This document shows, in pieces, positions 17,193 to 25,589 of a stretch of 64,000 bases of DNA. This stretch comes from Pseudomonadota bacterium (GTDB lineage: Bacteria; Pseudomonadota; Alphaproteobacteria; Caulobacterales; Caulobacteraceae): assembly GCA_023456105.1 (NCBI GenBank), contig JAEYAO010000066.1:6291-70290 (forward strand). Reading direction: 5' to 3'. A program made the translations under genes and the position numbers. Below the pieces are notes generated by a model, which was not told the origin of the DNA, did no database searches, and worked only from the letters and a program-made list of their open reading frames with translations. Each line of letters begins with the position of its first letter. Position 1 is the first letter of the stretch.

Positions 17193-18641
17193 TCAGCGTT
17201 TGATGCTGATCAGCTCGGCCAACATTTCGTCGGCCGTGGTGATGATCTTGGATGACGCCGAATAGGCCCGCTGGGTGGTGATCAGGCCGGTGAACTCGCT
17301 GGACAGGTCGACGGTCGACGCTTCCAGCTGCGACGAGCCCAGGATGCCCGCGCCGCCCGTGCCGGCCGTTTTCAGATTGTAGGCGCCGGACTGCTGGCTG
17401 ACGCGATAGGCGTTGCCGTTGACCTGGCTGAGGCTGTCGGGGCTGGGGAAGGTGGCGATGGCCACCTGGGCGATCTGGCGGGTGACGCCGTTGTCGAAGA
17501 TGGCGGTGACAAAGCCGCTCTCGTCGATCTGCACCTCGGTCAGGCTGCCGAAGTTGGTGCCGTTGGTCTGGACCGCCTGGACGACGGAGGCGCTGTCGTA
17601 CTGCGTCAGGCCGCCCGCCGCATTGGTCAGGTCGAAGGCGATGGACTGGTCGCCGATGCCAAGGCCCGTCGCCCACGACACGGCGCCCGCCGCCGGGGCC
17701 GCGTCGGAGGCGCCGAAGCTCAGAGTCGCATTGGCGGGATCGGCGAACAGGGCGTTGGCCATCCCCGCCATGGCGGCCGTGTCCAGGCGGCCGTCCTGGG
17801 TGAAGGCGACCATGCCGGTCTTGATCTGGCCGTCGCTGAGGCCGGCGCCCGTCTGGACGCTGTCGGCGGGCACGGCGCGCACTTCGGCGTACCACTGGTT
17901 GGGCGTGGTGCTCTTCAGGAAGGAGATGGCGACCGTGCGCTGTCCGCCCTTGGAGTCCGAGATCGGCACCGTAATCTCGAAGTCCGGCTTCACGCCCGTG
18001 CCGGCGTCCGGATCGTACATGGCCATCGAGTTGGTGGCGGCGTTGTAGGCGTTAGGGCCGGGCACGGCGAGGGCGGCGTCGCGCGCCTCGGCCGATATCG
18101 CCTGGCTGGACTTCAGGTTGGCGTTCAACTGGACGCGGCTGGTGGCCTCGGCCGTGCCGCCGACCGAGCCGACGTTGATGGTGGACAACCGGTTCAGGTC
18201 CGACGGATCGGTGGTGATGACCCCATAGGCGTCGACGGGCCAGCCCTGCAGATACAGCCCGGCGGTGTTCTTCAGATAGCCGAACTCATCGACCTTGAAA
18301 GAGCCGGCGCGGGTGAACAGGCGGGCGTCGGTGGGAGTCAGGCCCTCGGCCTTCTGCGTCACCACGAAGAAGCCTTGGCCGGCGATGCCGAGATCGGTCG
18401 AGGAGGTGGTCGACTGAAGCTGGCCGGTCTGGCTGATGTTGTGACGTGCGACCGAGGTGACGCCGCCGGCCGAATAGCCGGTGTAGACGCTCTGGGTGTT
18501 CACTACGGTGGAGAAGTCGGCCTGGCTGCGCTTGTAGCCGACCGTGTTCACGTTGGCGATGTTCTGAGAGATGGAGGCGAGGGCGGCGGAGTTGGCCCGC
18601 AGGCCCGAAACGCCCGCCAGCATGGCGCTGTTGATGCTCAT
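17193..18641 (-). CDS. flgE: flagellar hook protein
   Basis: N-terminus MSINSAMLAGVSGLRANSAALASISQNIANVNTVGYK. C-terminus TQRAYSASSKIITTADEM. Confidence 0.95.
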   Translation of the reverse strand: MSINSAMLAGVSGLRANSAALASISQNIANVNTVGYKRSQADFSTVVNTQSVYTGYSAGGVTSVARHNISQTGQLQSTTSSTDLGIAGQGFFVVTQKAEGLTPTDARLFTRAGSFKVDEFGYLKNTAGLYLQGWPVDAYGVITTDPSDLNRLSTINVGSVGGTAEATSRVQLNANLKSSQAISAEARDAALAVPGPNAYNAATNSMAMYDPDAGTGVKPDFEITVPISDSKGGQRTVAISFLKSTTPNQWYAEVRAVPADSVQTGAGLSDGQIKTGMVAFTQDGRLDTAAMAGMANALFADPANATLSFGASDAAPAAGAVSWATGLGIGDQSIAFDLTNAAGGLTQYDSASVVQAVQTNGTNFGSLTEVQIDESGFVTAIFDNGVTRQIAQVAIATFPSPDSLSQVNGNAYRVSQQSGAYNLKTAGTGGAGILGSSQLEASTVDLSSEFTGLITTQRAYSASSKIITTADEMLAELISIKR

Positions 18642-18660
18642 GTCGGTTTCCTTTGCGAGA

Positions 18661-19335
18661 TCAGTTGGTGGAGGCGCGCTGTTCGATCGAGATCAGGCTC
18701 GACAGCGGCATGATGGAGTTGCCGATGGTGACGTAGGGCTGGCCGTCGTAGAGCTCGACGCCGGTGACCTGGCCCTGGATCAAGGCCTGGCTGGTCACGG
18801 CCTTGCCGGCGGCGTCGGTTGCGGTGATCTTGAGGGTGTAGACGCCGCCGTCGTCGGCCTGACCGCCGCCGGTGGTCTTGCCGTCCCATGTGAAGGCGTG
18901 GACGCCCGAGGTCTTGTCGGGCGCGTCGCCTGACCAGACCACCTGGCCGGCGCCGTTGACCACCTGCAGCGTCGCTTTGGAGGCGTTGGCGGCCAGCTCG
19001 TAGTTCCACTCGGCCTTGCCATCGGTCAGCTCGGTGGCGGCCCAGACCCCGGTCGCGTCCTTGCCGATGTAGGCGGCCGCGTCCGACAGGCCGCCGGCCT
19101 GCTGGCCGCCCAGCAGGCTCTTCAGCAGGGTGTTGGTCAGCAACTGCTGCTCGACGCCGGCCATCTGGGTCAGCTGTGCGGTGAACTCGTTGGAGTCGAC
19201 CGGCGACAGCGGATCCTGGTTCTTCAGCTGGGTGGTCAGCAGGCTGAGAAAGGTCTCGAAGTTGGAGGCCAGGCTCTTCGTGCCCGAAGAGATGGTTCCG
19301 GCGGCGGCGGATGCGGTGGTGACGGAGTCGACCAT
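18661..19335 (-). CDS. flgD: flagellar hook capping/assembly protein
   Basis: FLSLLTTQLKNQDPLSPVDSNEFTAQLTQMAGVEQ. Confidence 0.9.
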   Translation of the reverse strand: MVDSVTTASAAAGTISSGTKSLASNFETFLSLLTTQLKNQDPLSPVDSNEFTAQLTQMAGVEQQLLTNTLLKSLLGGQQAGGLSDAAAYIGKDATGVWAATELTDGKAEWNYELAANASKATLQVVNGAGQVVWSGDAPDKTSGVHAFTWDGKTTGGGQADDGGVYTLKITATDAAGKAVTSQALIQGQVTGVELYDGQPYVTIGNSIMPLSSLISIEQRASTN

Positions 19336-19340
19336 GTTCC

Positions 19341-20786
19341 TCAGACCCTCAGATCGACGCGCTCGCGCGCCAGTGACAGGTTGATCCAGGCGCCCGGCGG
19401 GGGCGTCGCGACGACATCGGCCTCGGCCGCCAGGCGCGAGGCGCTTCCGAACAGGGAGGCGCGGCCGCGCCGCTCGAAGCCTTCCCCGAATCCTCCGCCG
19501 CGCGCGTCCTCGCGGTGCGAGAAGTCGAGGCCGTCGCCGGCGATCTGGAAGCCGGCGTCCTGCAGCTGACGACGCAGCTCATCGGCGCGGCCGCGCAGGT
19601 CCGTGGCGGCGGCGGGATTGTCGAAGGCCAGGCGCGCGGCGAGCTGACCCGTTTCGTCGATCTCCAGGCTGACCTCGACGCGGCCAAGGTCTTCGGGTGT
19701 CAGCACCATGTCGAAGCGCGTCGACCGGCCTTCCAAGCGTGCGGCGATCTGGGCGGCGAGGCGCGTCGTGGTCTCGATCGTCGCCTGCGACAGCGTGGAC
19801 ATCATCCCCAGCGGAAAGGCGGGTGCGGCGGTCTGCGGGCCGGCGGCCGGAGCCGGGGCGGAAGCGGTCTGCGGGGGCGCGGCCGGATCGGTCGAGGGGG
19901 CTTGCGGGGCGGCGTCGGCCGGAGGGGGCGAGGCCGGACCCGCGGTCGCGCCCAAGAGCGCCTGCATGGCATCCCTGGGCGTGGGTTGGGGCGCGGGCTT
20001 GGGCGCGGCGTCGCTGCTTGCAGCGGCGGACGGCGAAGACGCGTCCTCAGGTTGAGCCGCGTTTGCAGCCGGCGCTTCGCTGCGCGTGTCGAGACGGTGC
20101 TCGACCGGGCCTTGCACTTGGGCGGTGGGCGTCGGGATGGTTGACGCCGGGTGGTCGGCGGACGTGCTCGACGTCTGCGGAGCCGGCGCGGCAGGCGAAC
20201 CGGAGTCAGACGTCACGGGCGCCGGGATCGCTTCCCCGAAAGGCTGCGTGGGCGACGGCGCGGGTGCGGCCTGCAGGTCGCCTGAGGCGGGCGGGTCGAA
20301 CCGTGGCGTCACGGCCGGGAGCGGATCGGCGTCGGTCGCGGCGATCTCGGCCCTCAACGACGGCTGTGACGCCGGAGCATCGGGGGGGACCGGAGCGGTG
20401 GGGGAGGGGACGGGGGCTGCAACCACCGGCTGAGGGATGTCGGCGGTCACCGCCTCGACCGGAGACGCCGCTTCGGTTTCGGTCAGGTACGCGCCTGGAG
20501 CGTCCGAATCGGGTTCATCAACAGCGACGGCGGGCGCGGCGATCGCGGCGATCTGCGGCGGGGGCGCTGCGGGTGCGGCGTCAGTCGTCGCGACCTCTTC
20601 AGCAGCAGGGCTGCGCCGCGCGGACGGCGAGGGGGTCGTCTTGACGGCGGGGGCGACGGTTTCCGTTCCGTCGGTCTGCCCGGACAGCACCTGCGCGAAA
20701 GCGGCGCCGTTCCCGTCGGGAGCGGCGGGCGCGGCCGTCGTGGAGGCGGGCGCTGGAGGCGCAAAGGCGGCGATGGCGAGCGACAT
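19341..20786 (-). CDS. fliK: flagellar hook-length control protein (Pro/Ala-rich)
   Basis: C-terminal FliK-like domain (RFDMVLTPEDLGRVEVSLEID...LRRQLQDAGF). Start at 20786, or possibly 20840; the ORF's 20870 start would lie inside the promoter. Confidence 0.8.
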   Translation of the reverse strand: MSLAIAAFAPPAPASTTAAPAAPDGNGAAFAQVLSGQTDGTETVAPAVKTTPSPSARRSPAAEEVATTDAAPAAPPPQIAAIAAPAVAVDEPDSDAPGAYLTETEAASPVEAVTADIPQPVVAAPVPSPTAPVPPDAPASQPSLRAEIAATDADPLPAVTPRFDPPASGDLQAAPAPSPTQPFGEAIPAPVTSDSGSPAAPAPQTSSTSADHPASTIPTPTAQVQGPVEHRLDTRSEAPAANAAQPEDASSPSAAASSDAAPKPAPQPTPRDAMQALLGATAGPASPPPADAAPQAPSTDPAAPPQTASAPAPAAGPQTAAPAFPLGMMSTLSQATIETTTRLAAQIAARLEGRSTRFDMVLTPEDLGRVEVSLEIDETGQLAARLAFDNPAAATDLRGRADELRRQLQDAGFQIAGDGLDFSHREDARGGGFGEGFERRGRASLFGSASRLAAEADVVATPPPGAWINLSLARERVDLRV

Positions 20787-20854
20787 GGGGGGCAGGCGGT
20801 CGATATGAAGAGTGAGGCGGCGCCTGCTGCGCCTGGGCATTCCCTCGTCCTGTC

Positions 20855-20869
20855 GCAAGCGGCGGGCCA
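20855..20869 (-). promoter_or_regulatory. sigma-54 promoter TGGCCC-GCCGC-TTGC for fliK-flgD-flgE
   Basis: Exact GG-N10-GC spacing on the minus strand. The predicted TSS is near 20843. Confidence 0.65.
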
Positions 20870-20950
20870 CATGCGGAAACGGCGCAAGTGACAGTTCTGG
20901 CTCAGCAAAAGCTGGAGAAGGCGCTGGAGGGGTGCGGGCGATCGGTCGCT

Positions 20951-20982
20951 TTTTGCCGCCCCGGCCGTCACCTTTTGCCGCC
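20951..20982. repeat. two direct copies of TTTTGCCGCC 22 bp apart (candidate enhancer/FlbD-type half sites)
   Basis: Copies at 20951-20960 and 20973-20982, between the divergent sigma-54 promoters. Confidence 0.3.
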
Positions 20983-21016
20983 TTGGCTGGTGGGTGGGGT
21001 CGCCGGCGTCACCTGT

Positions 21017-21031
21017 TGGCCCGCCGTTTGC
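21017..21031 (+). promoter_or_regulatory. sigma-54 promoter TGGCCC-GCCGT-TTGC for flgK-flgL
   Basis: 14/15 identical to the divergent promoter. The predicted TSS is near 21043, about 138 nt before ATG 21181. Confidence 0.6.
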
Positions 21032-21180
21032 GCGGGTGACAGCGCCATGTGGACTGCATCAGACCTATTTGCTCAAAAAAACAAGGGCTTGCCTGCGCCT
21101 GCTCGTGCGGGCGCTAGGCAGGATGTGCATGGCGGCGGGAACGGCTTGCCCGGCGCCCGCGACGGCAAGGGAGATCGCGC

Positions 21181-23304
21181 ATGTCGCTGACGTCCATCAT
21201 GAACATCGCCAACTCGGGCATGCACGCGGCGCAGACGCAGCTGCGGGTGGTCTCCGACAACGTCGCCAACGTCAACACGCCCGGCTACGTCCGCAAGATC
21301 GCCGACCAGCAGTCCACCGCGACGCAAGGGGTCGGTTCGGGCGTCGAGGTGGCGCGCATCCGCCTGGCGACCGATCGGTTCCTGCAGGCCGCAAGCCTGA
21401 ACGCCGGCGCCGAGGCGGGGCGGCAGGGCGTGCGCTACGAGCTGTTTGACCGCATTCAGATGCTGTTCGGCGATCCGAGCGGCGACAACAGCTTCTTTAC
21501 GGGCGTCGACGACCTGTTCGCGGCCTTTTCATCGGTATCGGAGAGCCCGACGTCCTCGCCCCTGCGTCAGGACATCCTGTACCAGGCCCAGGCCCTGTTC
21601 GATCAGGGCGCGGCCATCGGCAAGAACATCCAGGCGACGCGCGAGGAGGCGGACGGTCGGCTGCGCACGGCCGTGGACACCGCCAACGACCTGCTGAGCC
21701 AGATCGAGGACCTCAACAAGACCATCGCGGCGGCGGCCGCCAGCGGCGACGACGCCACCGGTTCGCAGACCACCCAGGCCACCCTGCTGGGCCAGTTGTC
21801 GCAGTTGATGGACATCAAGGTGACGGGCCGCGCCAACGGCGGCGTGATGGTGCGGACCGGCACGGGCGCGCTGCTGGCCGGACAGGGACATGCAACGCTG
21901 GCCTATTCGCCGGCCGGTTCGATCGACGCGAACAGCGCCTTCAACGAGGTGTGGGTGACCGAGCCGGGCGGTCAGAAGCGGGCCCTGCTGGACTCCGTCG
22001 CTTCGGGCGAGATCAAGGGGCTGGTCGAACTGCGCGACGTGGACGCGCCGGCCGCGGCCGAGCGGCTGGGCGAGCTGATGGCCAAGGTCGCCGACGAACT
22101 GAACCGCGCCCACAACGCCAATGCGTCGGTTCCGGCGCCGACCAGCCTGACCGGCCGCAACACGGGTCAGTCCTGGGCCACGGCCATCGCCGGGTTCACC
22201 GGAACCACCAACATCGTCACCACCAATGCGAGCGGCGTGGTGCAGCAGCGGGCCGAGATCGTCTTCGGCGCGGGCGGGGCCATCACCATCAACGGCGGAG
22301 CGTCCTCGGCGGCGAACTTCGAGGCCGATCTGGAGGCCGCGCTGGGCGGACAGGTGGATTTCCGGTTCCAGAACGGCACCATGAGCCTGACCAGCACGGG
22401 CGTGAACGGCATCGCCATCGCTGACGACCCCACTGCGCCGGCCAGCAAGGTCGGCCGCGGCTTCTCGCACTTCTTCGGGCTGAACGATCTGGTCTCCACG
22501 ACCCAACCGGCCTTTTACGAGACGGGCCTGAGCGGAACCTCGTCTCTCGGGCTCGCGGCGGGGGGAGCGCTGACGCTGCGCTTCACCGGGGAAAGCGGGG
22601 CCAGGCTGAAGGACGTGACCATCGCCGCCCCCGCCGGCGCGGCCACGGTGGACGACCTCTTGGCGGCGTTGAACAATCCGGCGACCGGCGCGGGCCGCTA
22701 CGGCCAGTTCTCTCTGGATGCGGCCACCGGGGCCCTGACGTTCCAGGGCGCGGGGTCGCCGGCCCCGACCCTGTCGGTGCTGAACGACACCACCAGCCAG
22801 AGTCCCTCGGGCGTGTCGGTCAGCGCGCTGTTCGGCATCGGCGGCGGCGTGCGGGCGGCGCGAACGGGAGGCTTGAGCCTGCGCGCCGACATCCAGGCGG
22901 ACTCGACGAAGCTGGCGCTGGCGCGGCTGAACCTCGGGGCGGCGGCGGGAACGCCGGCCCTGACCAGCAACGACGGCTCCGGGGCGTTGGCGCTGGCCGA
23001 CGCGGGCAAGGCCACGGTGCGCTTCGATGGGGCCGGGGGATCGGTGGCGACATCGACCTCCATCACCCGCTACGCCGCCGACTTCTCGGGTGACATCGGC
23101 AGCAAGGCGGCCGCCGCCGAGACGCGCAGAAACAGCGCCGAGGCCCTGCTGACCGAGGCGCAGGCCCGACAGACCTCGCACGAGGGCGTCAATCTGGATG
23201 AGGAGCTGGTGATGATGACCACCTACCAGCAGGCCTTCAACGCCTCGGCCCGGCTGATCCAGGCGGCCAAGGACATGTACGACACCTTGCTGGGGATGAT
23301 CTGA
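21181..23304 (+). CDS. flgK: flagellar hook-associated protein 1
   Basis: N-terminus IANSGMHAAQTQLRVVSDNVANVNTPGYVRK. C-terminus EELVMMTTYQQAFNASARLI. Confidence 0.95.
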   Translation: MSLTSIMNIANSGMHAAQTQLRVVSDNVANVNTPGYVRKIADQQSTATQGVGSGVEVARIRLATDRFLQAASLNAGAEAGRQGVRYELFDRIQMLFGDPSGDNSFFTGVDDLFAAFSSVSESPTSSPLRQDILYQAQALFDQGAAIGKNIQATREEADGRLRTAVDTANDLLSQIEDLNKTIAAAAASGDDATGSQTTQATLLGQLSQLMDIKVTGRANGGVMVRTGTGALLAGQGHATLAYSPAGSIDANSAFNEVWVTEPGGQKRALLDSVASGEIKGLVELRDVDAPAAAERLGELMAKVADELNRAHNANASVPAPTSLTGRNTGQSWATAIAGFTGTTNIVTTNASGVVQQRAEIVFGAGGAITINGGASSAANFEADLEAALGGQVDFRFQNGTMSLTSTGVNGIAIADDPTAPASKVGRGFSHFFGLNDLVSTTQPAFYETGLSGTSSLGLAAGGALTLRFTGESGARLKDVTIAAPAGAATVDDLLAALNNPATGAGRYGQFSLDAATGALTFQGAGSPAPTLSVLNDTTSQSPSGVSVSALFGIGGGVRAARTGGLSLRADIQADSTKLALARLNLGAAAGTPALTSNDGSGALALADAGKATVRFDGAGGSVATSTSITRYAADFSGDIGSKAAAAETRRNSAEALLTEAQARQTSHEGVNLDEELVMMTTYQQAFNASARLIQAAKDMYDTLLGMI

Positions 23305-24290
23305 TGACCCGCGTCTCGACCATGGGCAACTACCAGTCCGCGCTGCTGGACCTGATGAAGGCGCAAGGCCGTCAGCAGCTGGCGCAGGAGCGGCTGGACA
23401 GCGAAAAGATCGCCACCGACTCAAAGGGCTACGGCCGGTCGTCGCAGAACATCACGGCGCTGAAGGCGACGCAGAGCCGGCTAGCCGGCTTTGTCGCGTC
23501 GGGCGAGGCGGTGGAGGCGCGGCTGGCGTCGCAGGACATCGCCCTGAGCCGCGTCGGCGAAGGCGGCGCCGGGGCGCGAGAGTCCATCGCCACCGCCATT
23601 GCGGCCGGGCGGCTGGAAGGCCTCATGGCCGAGTTGCAGGGCCATTTCCAGACCATGCAGGCCGGCCTGAACTTCTCGCACCAGGGGCAGTATCTGCTGG
23701 GCGGCGGGCTGGGCGATGCACCGCCGGCGACGGCCGACAGCCTCGCCGCGCTCGCCGCCGCGCCGGACGTTGCGTCGGTCTTCGCCAACGATCGGCAGGC
23801 GCAAAAGTCCCGCATCGGCGAGTCCGCCACCCTGACCACCGGCTTTCTGGCGGATGATGTCGGGGCGGCGCTGACAGAGGTGTTTCGCAACATCCAAATC
23901 TATCAGAACGGCGATCCGGTCACCGTTGACGGCGTCACCTATACGCCGTCTGTTGTGCCACCCCGAACCACGGCCGCCGGCAACATAGACGGTTCTGCGT
24001 CGGACGAGGTCACGGCCTTTCTGACCAAGCAGATGCAGATGCTAGACAAGGCTAACGCTGCGGTGACGGTTGCAACGGCTCGCAACGGGTCGATGCAGAA
24101 CCAGGTCGAGGACGCGCTGGCTGCGCACCAGGCGCAACAGACCTCGCTGACCAAGATGTTGGACACGAAGACCGGCTACGATCCGGCGCAGGCGATCACC
24201 GACCTTCAACTGGCGGAGGTCGCCATTCAGGCGTCGGCGCAGGTGATCGTGTCGCTGAGGTCGACGTCTCTTCTGGACCTGCTGCGCTAA
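23304..24290 (+). CDS. flgL: flagellar hook-associated protein 3
   Basis: Flagellin-like N and C termini. The start overlaps the flgK stop (TGATG). Confidence 0.85.
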   Translation: MTRVSTMGNYQSALLDLMKAQGRQQLAQERLDSEKIATDSKGYGRSSQNITALKATQSRLAGFVASGEAVEARLASQDIALSRVGEGGAGARESIATAIAAGRLEGLMAELQGHFQTMQAGLNFSHQGQYLLGGGLGDAPPATADSLAALAAAPDVASVFANDRQAQKSRIGESATLTTGFLADDVGAALTEVFRNIQIYQNGDPVTVDGVTYTPSVVPPRTTAAGNIDGSASDEVTAFLTKQMQMLDKANAAVTVATARNGSMQNQVEDALAAHQAQQTSLTKMLDTKTGYDPAQAITDLQLAEVAIQASAQVIVSLRSTSLLDLLR

Positions 24291-24328
24291 AAAGGCTTGC
24301 GGCCAAGCTGGACGACTCGCGGGTTCCC

Positions 24329-24343
24329 GAACATATAGGGAAC
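24329..24343. promoter_or_regulatory. alphaproteobacterial LexA (SOS) box GAAC-ATATAGG-GAAC
   Basis: Reverse complement of the GTTC-N7-GTTC direct-repeat operator. It ends 1 nt before ATG 24345. An extra GTTC at 24323-24326 makes GTTCCCGAAC. Confidence 0.65.
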
Positions 24344-24344
24344 A

Positions 24345-25589
24345 ATGGCGCAGATCGATCTCAGGCGAAAGCTGTCCGTCCTGGCCGACGCCGCCAAGTA
24401 CGACGCCTCCTGCGCCTCGTCGGGATCGAGCAAGCGCGACTCGACGGGCGGCGGCAAGGGGATGGGCTCGACCGAGGGCATGGGCATTTGCCACGCCTAC
24501 ACGCCGGATGGGCGGTGCGTGTCCTTGCTCAAGATCCTTCTGACCAACTTCTGCATCTATGACTGCGCCTACTGCATCAACCGCGTATCGTCGAACGTGG
24601 AGCGGGCGCGGTTCAGCGTACAGGAGGTCGTTGACCTCACGCTGAACTTCTACAAGCGCAACTACATCGAAGGCCTGTTTCTGTCGTCGGGCATCATCCG
24701 CTCGGGCGACTACACGATGGAGCAGCTGGTCCTGGTGGCCAAGACTTTGCGCGAGGTGCACGACTTTCGCGGCTACATCCACCTGAAGCTGATCCCGGAG
24801 GCCGACCCCAAGCTGGTGGAGGAGGCGGGGCTCTACGCCGACCGCCTCAGCGCCAACATCGAGCTGCCGCGGGACGAGGCGCTCGCGCGACTGGCGCCGC
24901 AAAAGGACGTGGGGGTCATCAAGAAGGCCATGGGGCAGGTGCGGCTCAAGGTCGAGGAGGCCAAGCCGCAGAAGCGCGAAAAAGCCCGCCCGCCGCGGTT
25001 CGCGCCCGGCGGTCAGAGCACCCAGCTGATCATCGGGGCGGACAGCGCGCCGGACACGGAGATCCTGGATCGCAGCGCCTCGCTGTACGGCGGTTATGGC
25101 CTGCGGCGGGTGTACTATTCGGCCTTCAGCCCGATCCCGGACGCCAGCTCCAGCCTGCCTTTGGCCAAGCCGCCCTTGATGCGCGAACACAGGCTCTATC
25201 AGGCCGACTGGCTGATGCGGTTCTACGGCTTCTCCGCGCCCGAGATCGGGGAGGCGGCGAAGGGCGGGATGCTGGACCTGGCGATCGATCCCAAGCTCGG
25301 CTGGGCGCTGAACCGGCGCGAGCAATTTCCGGTCGATGTGAACTTGGCGCCGCGCGAAATGCTGCTGCGCGTGCCGGGGCTCGGAGTGAAGTCGGTCGAC
25401 AAGATCGTGTCGGTCCGGCGCTATCGCACCCTGCGGCTCGAGGACGTGGCGCGGCTGACGCGCTCGCTGGACAAGGTGCGGCCTTTCATCACCACGCTGG
25501 ACTGGACGCCGGGCGGGCTGACCGACGCCGCCGACCTGCGCGCGCGCGTGGCGCCGGTGGCGGAGCCGCAGCAGCTGAGCCTGTTCTGA
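24345..25589 (+). CDS. putative DNA modification/repair radical SAM protein
   Basis: CIYDCAYC radical-SAM cluster. N-terminus LSVLADAAKYDASCASSG is typical of this family. C-terminal HhH-like LLRVPGLGVKSV. Confidence 0.85.
   Translation: MAQIDLRRKLSVLADAAKYDASCASSGSSKRDSTGGGKGMGSTEGMGICHAYTPDGRCVSLLKILLTNFCIYDCAYCINRVSSNVERARFSVQEVVDLTLNFYKRNYIEGLFLSSGIIRSGDYTMEQLVLVAKTLREVHDFRGYIHLKLIPEADPKLVEEAGLYADRLSANIELPRDEALARLAPQKDVGVIKKAMGQVRLKVEEAKPQKREKARPPRFAPGGQSTQLIIGADSAPDTEILDRSASLYGGYGLRRVYYSAFSPIPDASSSLPLAKPPLMREHRLYQADWLMRFYGFSAPEIGEAAKGGMLDLAIDPKLGWALNRREQFPVDVNLAPREMLLRVPGLGVKSVDKIVSVRRYRTLRLEDVARLTRSLDKVRPFITTLDWTPGGLTDAADLRARVAPVAEPQQLSLF

Noticed and set aside
21130-21149. tggcggcgggaacggcttgc as a sigma-54 promoter close to flgK.
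   Set aside because: No register gives the required GG-N10-GC spacing. The site at 21017-21031 fits exactly.
21529-23424. 631-aa ORF antisense to flgK. Similar very long antisense or out-of-frame ORFs occur at 108-1118, 7517-8527, 12846-14102, 14310-15419, 24042-25325, 25814-27007, 28111-29931, 38966-41428, 47122-48618, 49799-51385 and 53227-54513.
   Set aside because: They are Arg/Pro/Gly/Ala/His-rich and have no recognisable motifs. They lie opposite or out of frame to genes with strong family signatures. In DNA of about 67% GC, stop codons are rare in non-coding frames.
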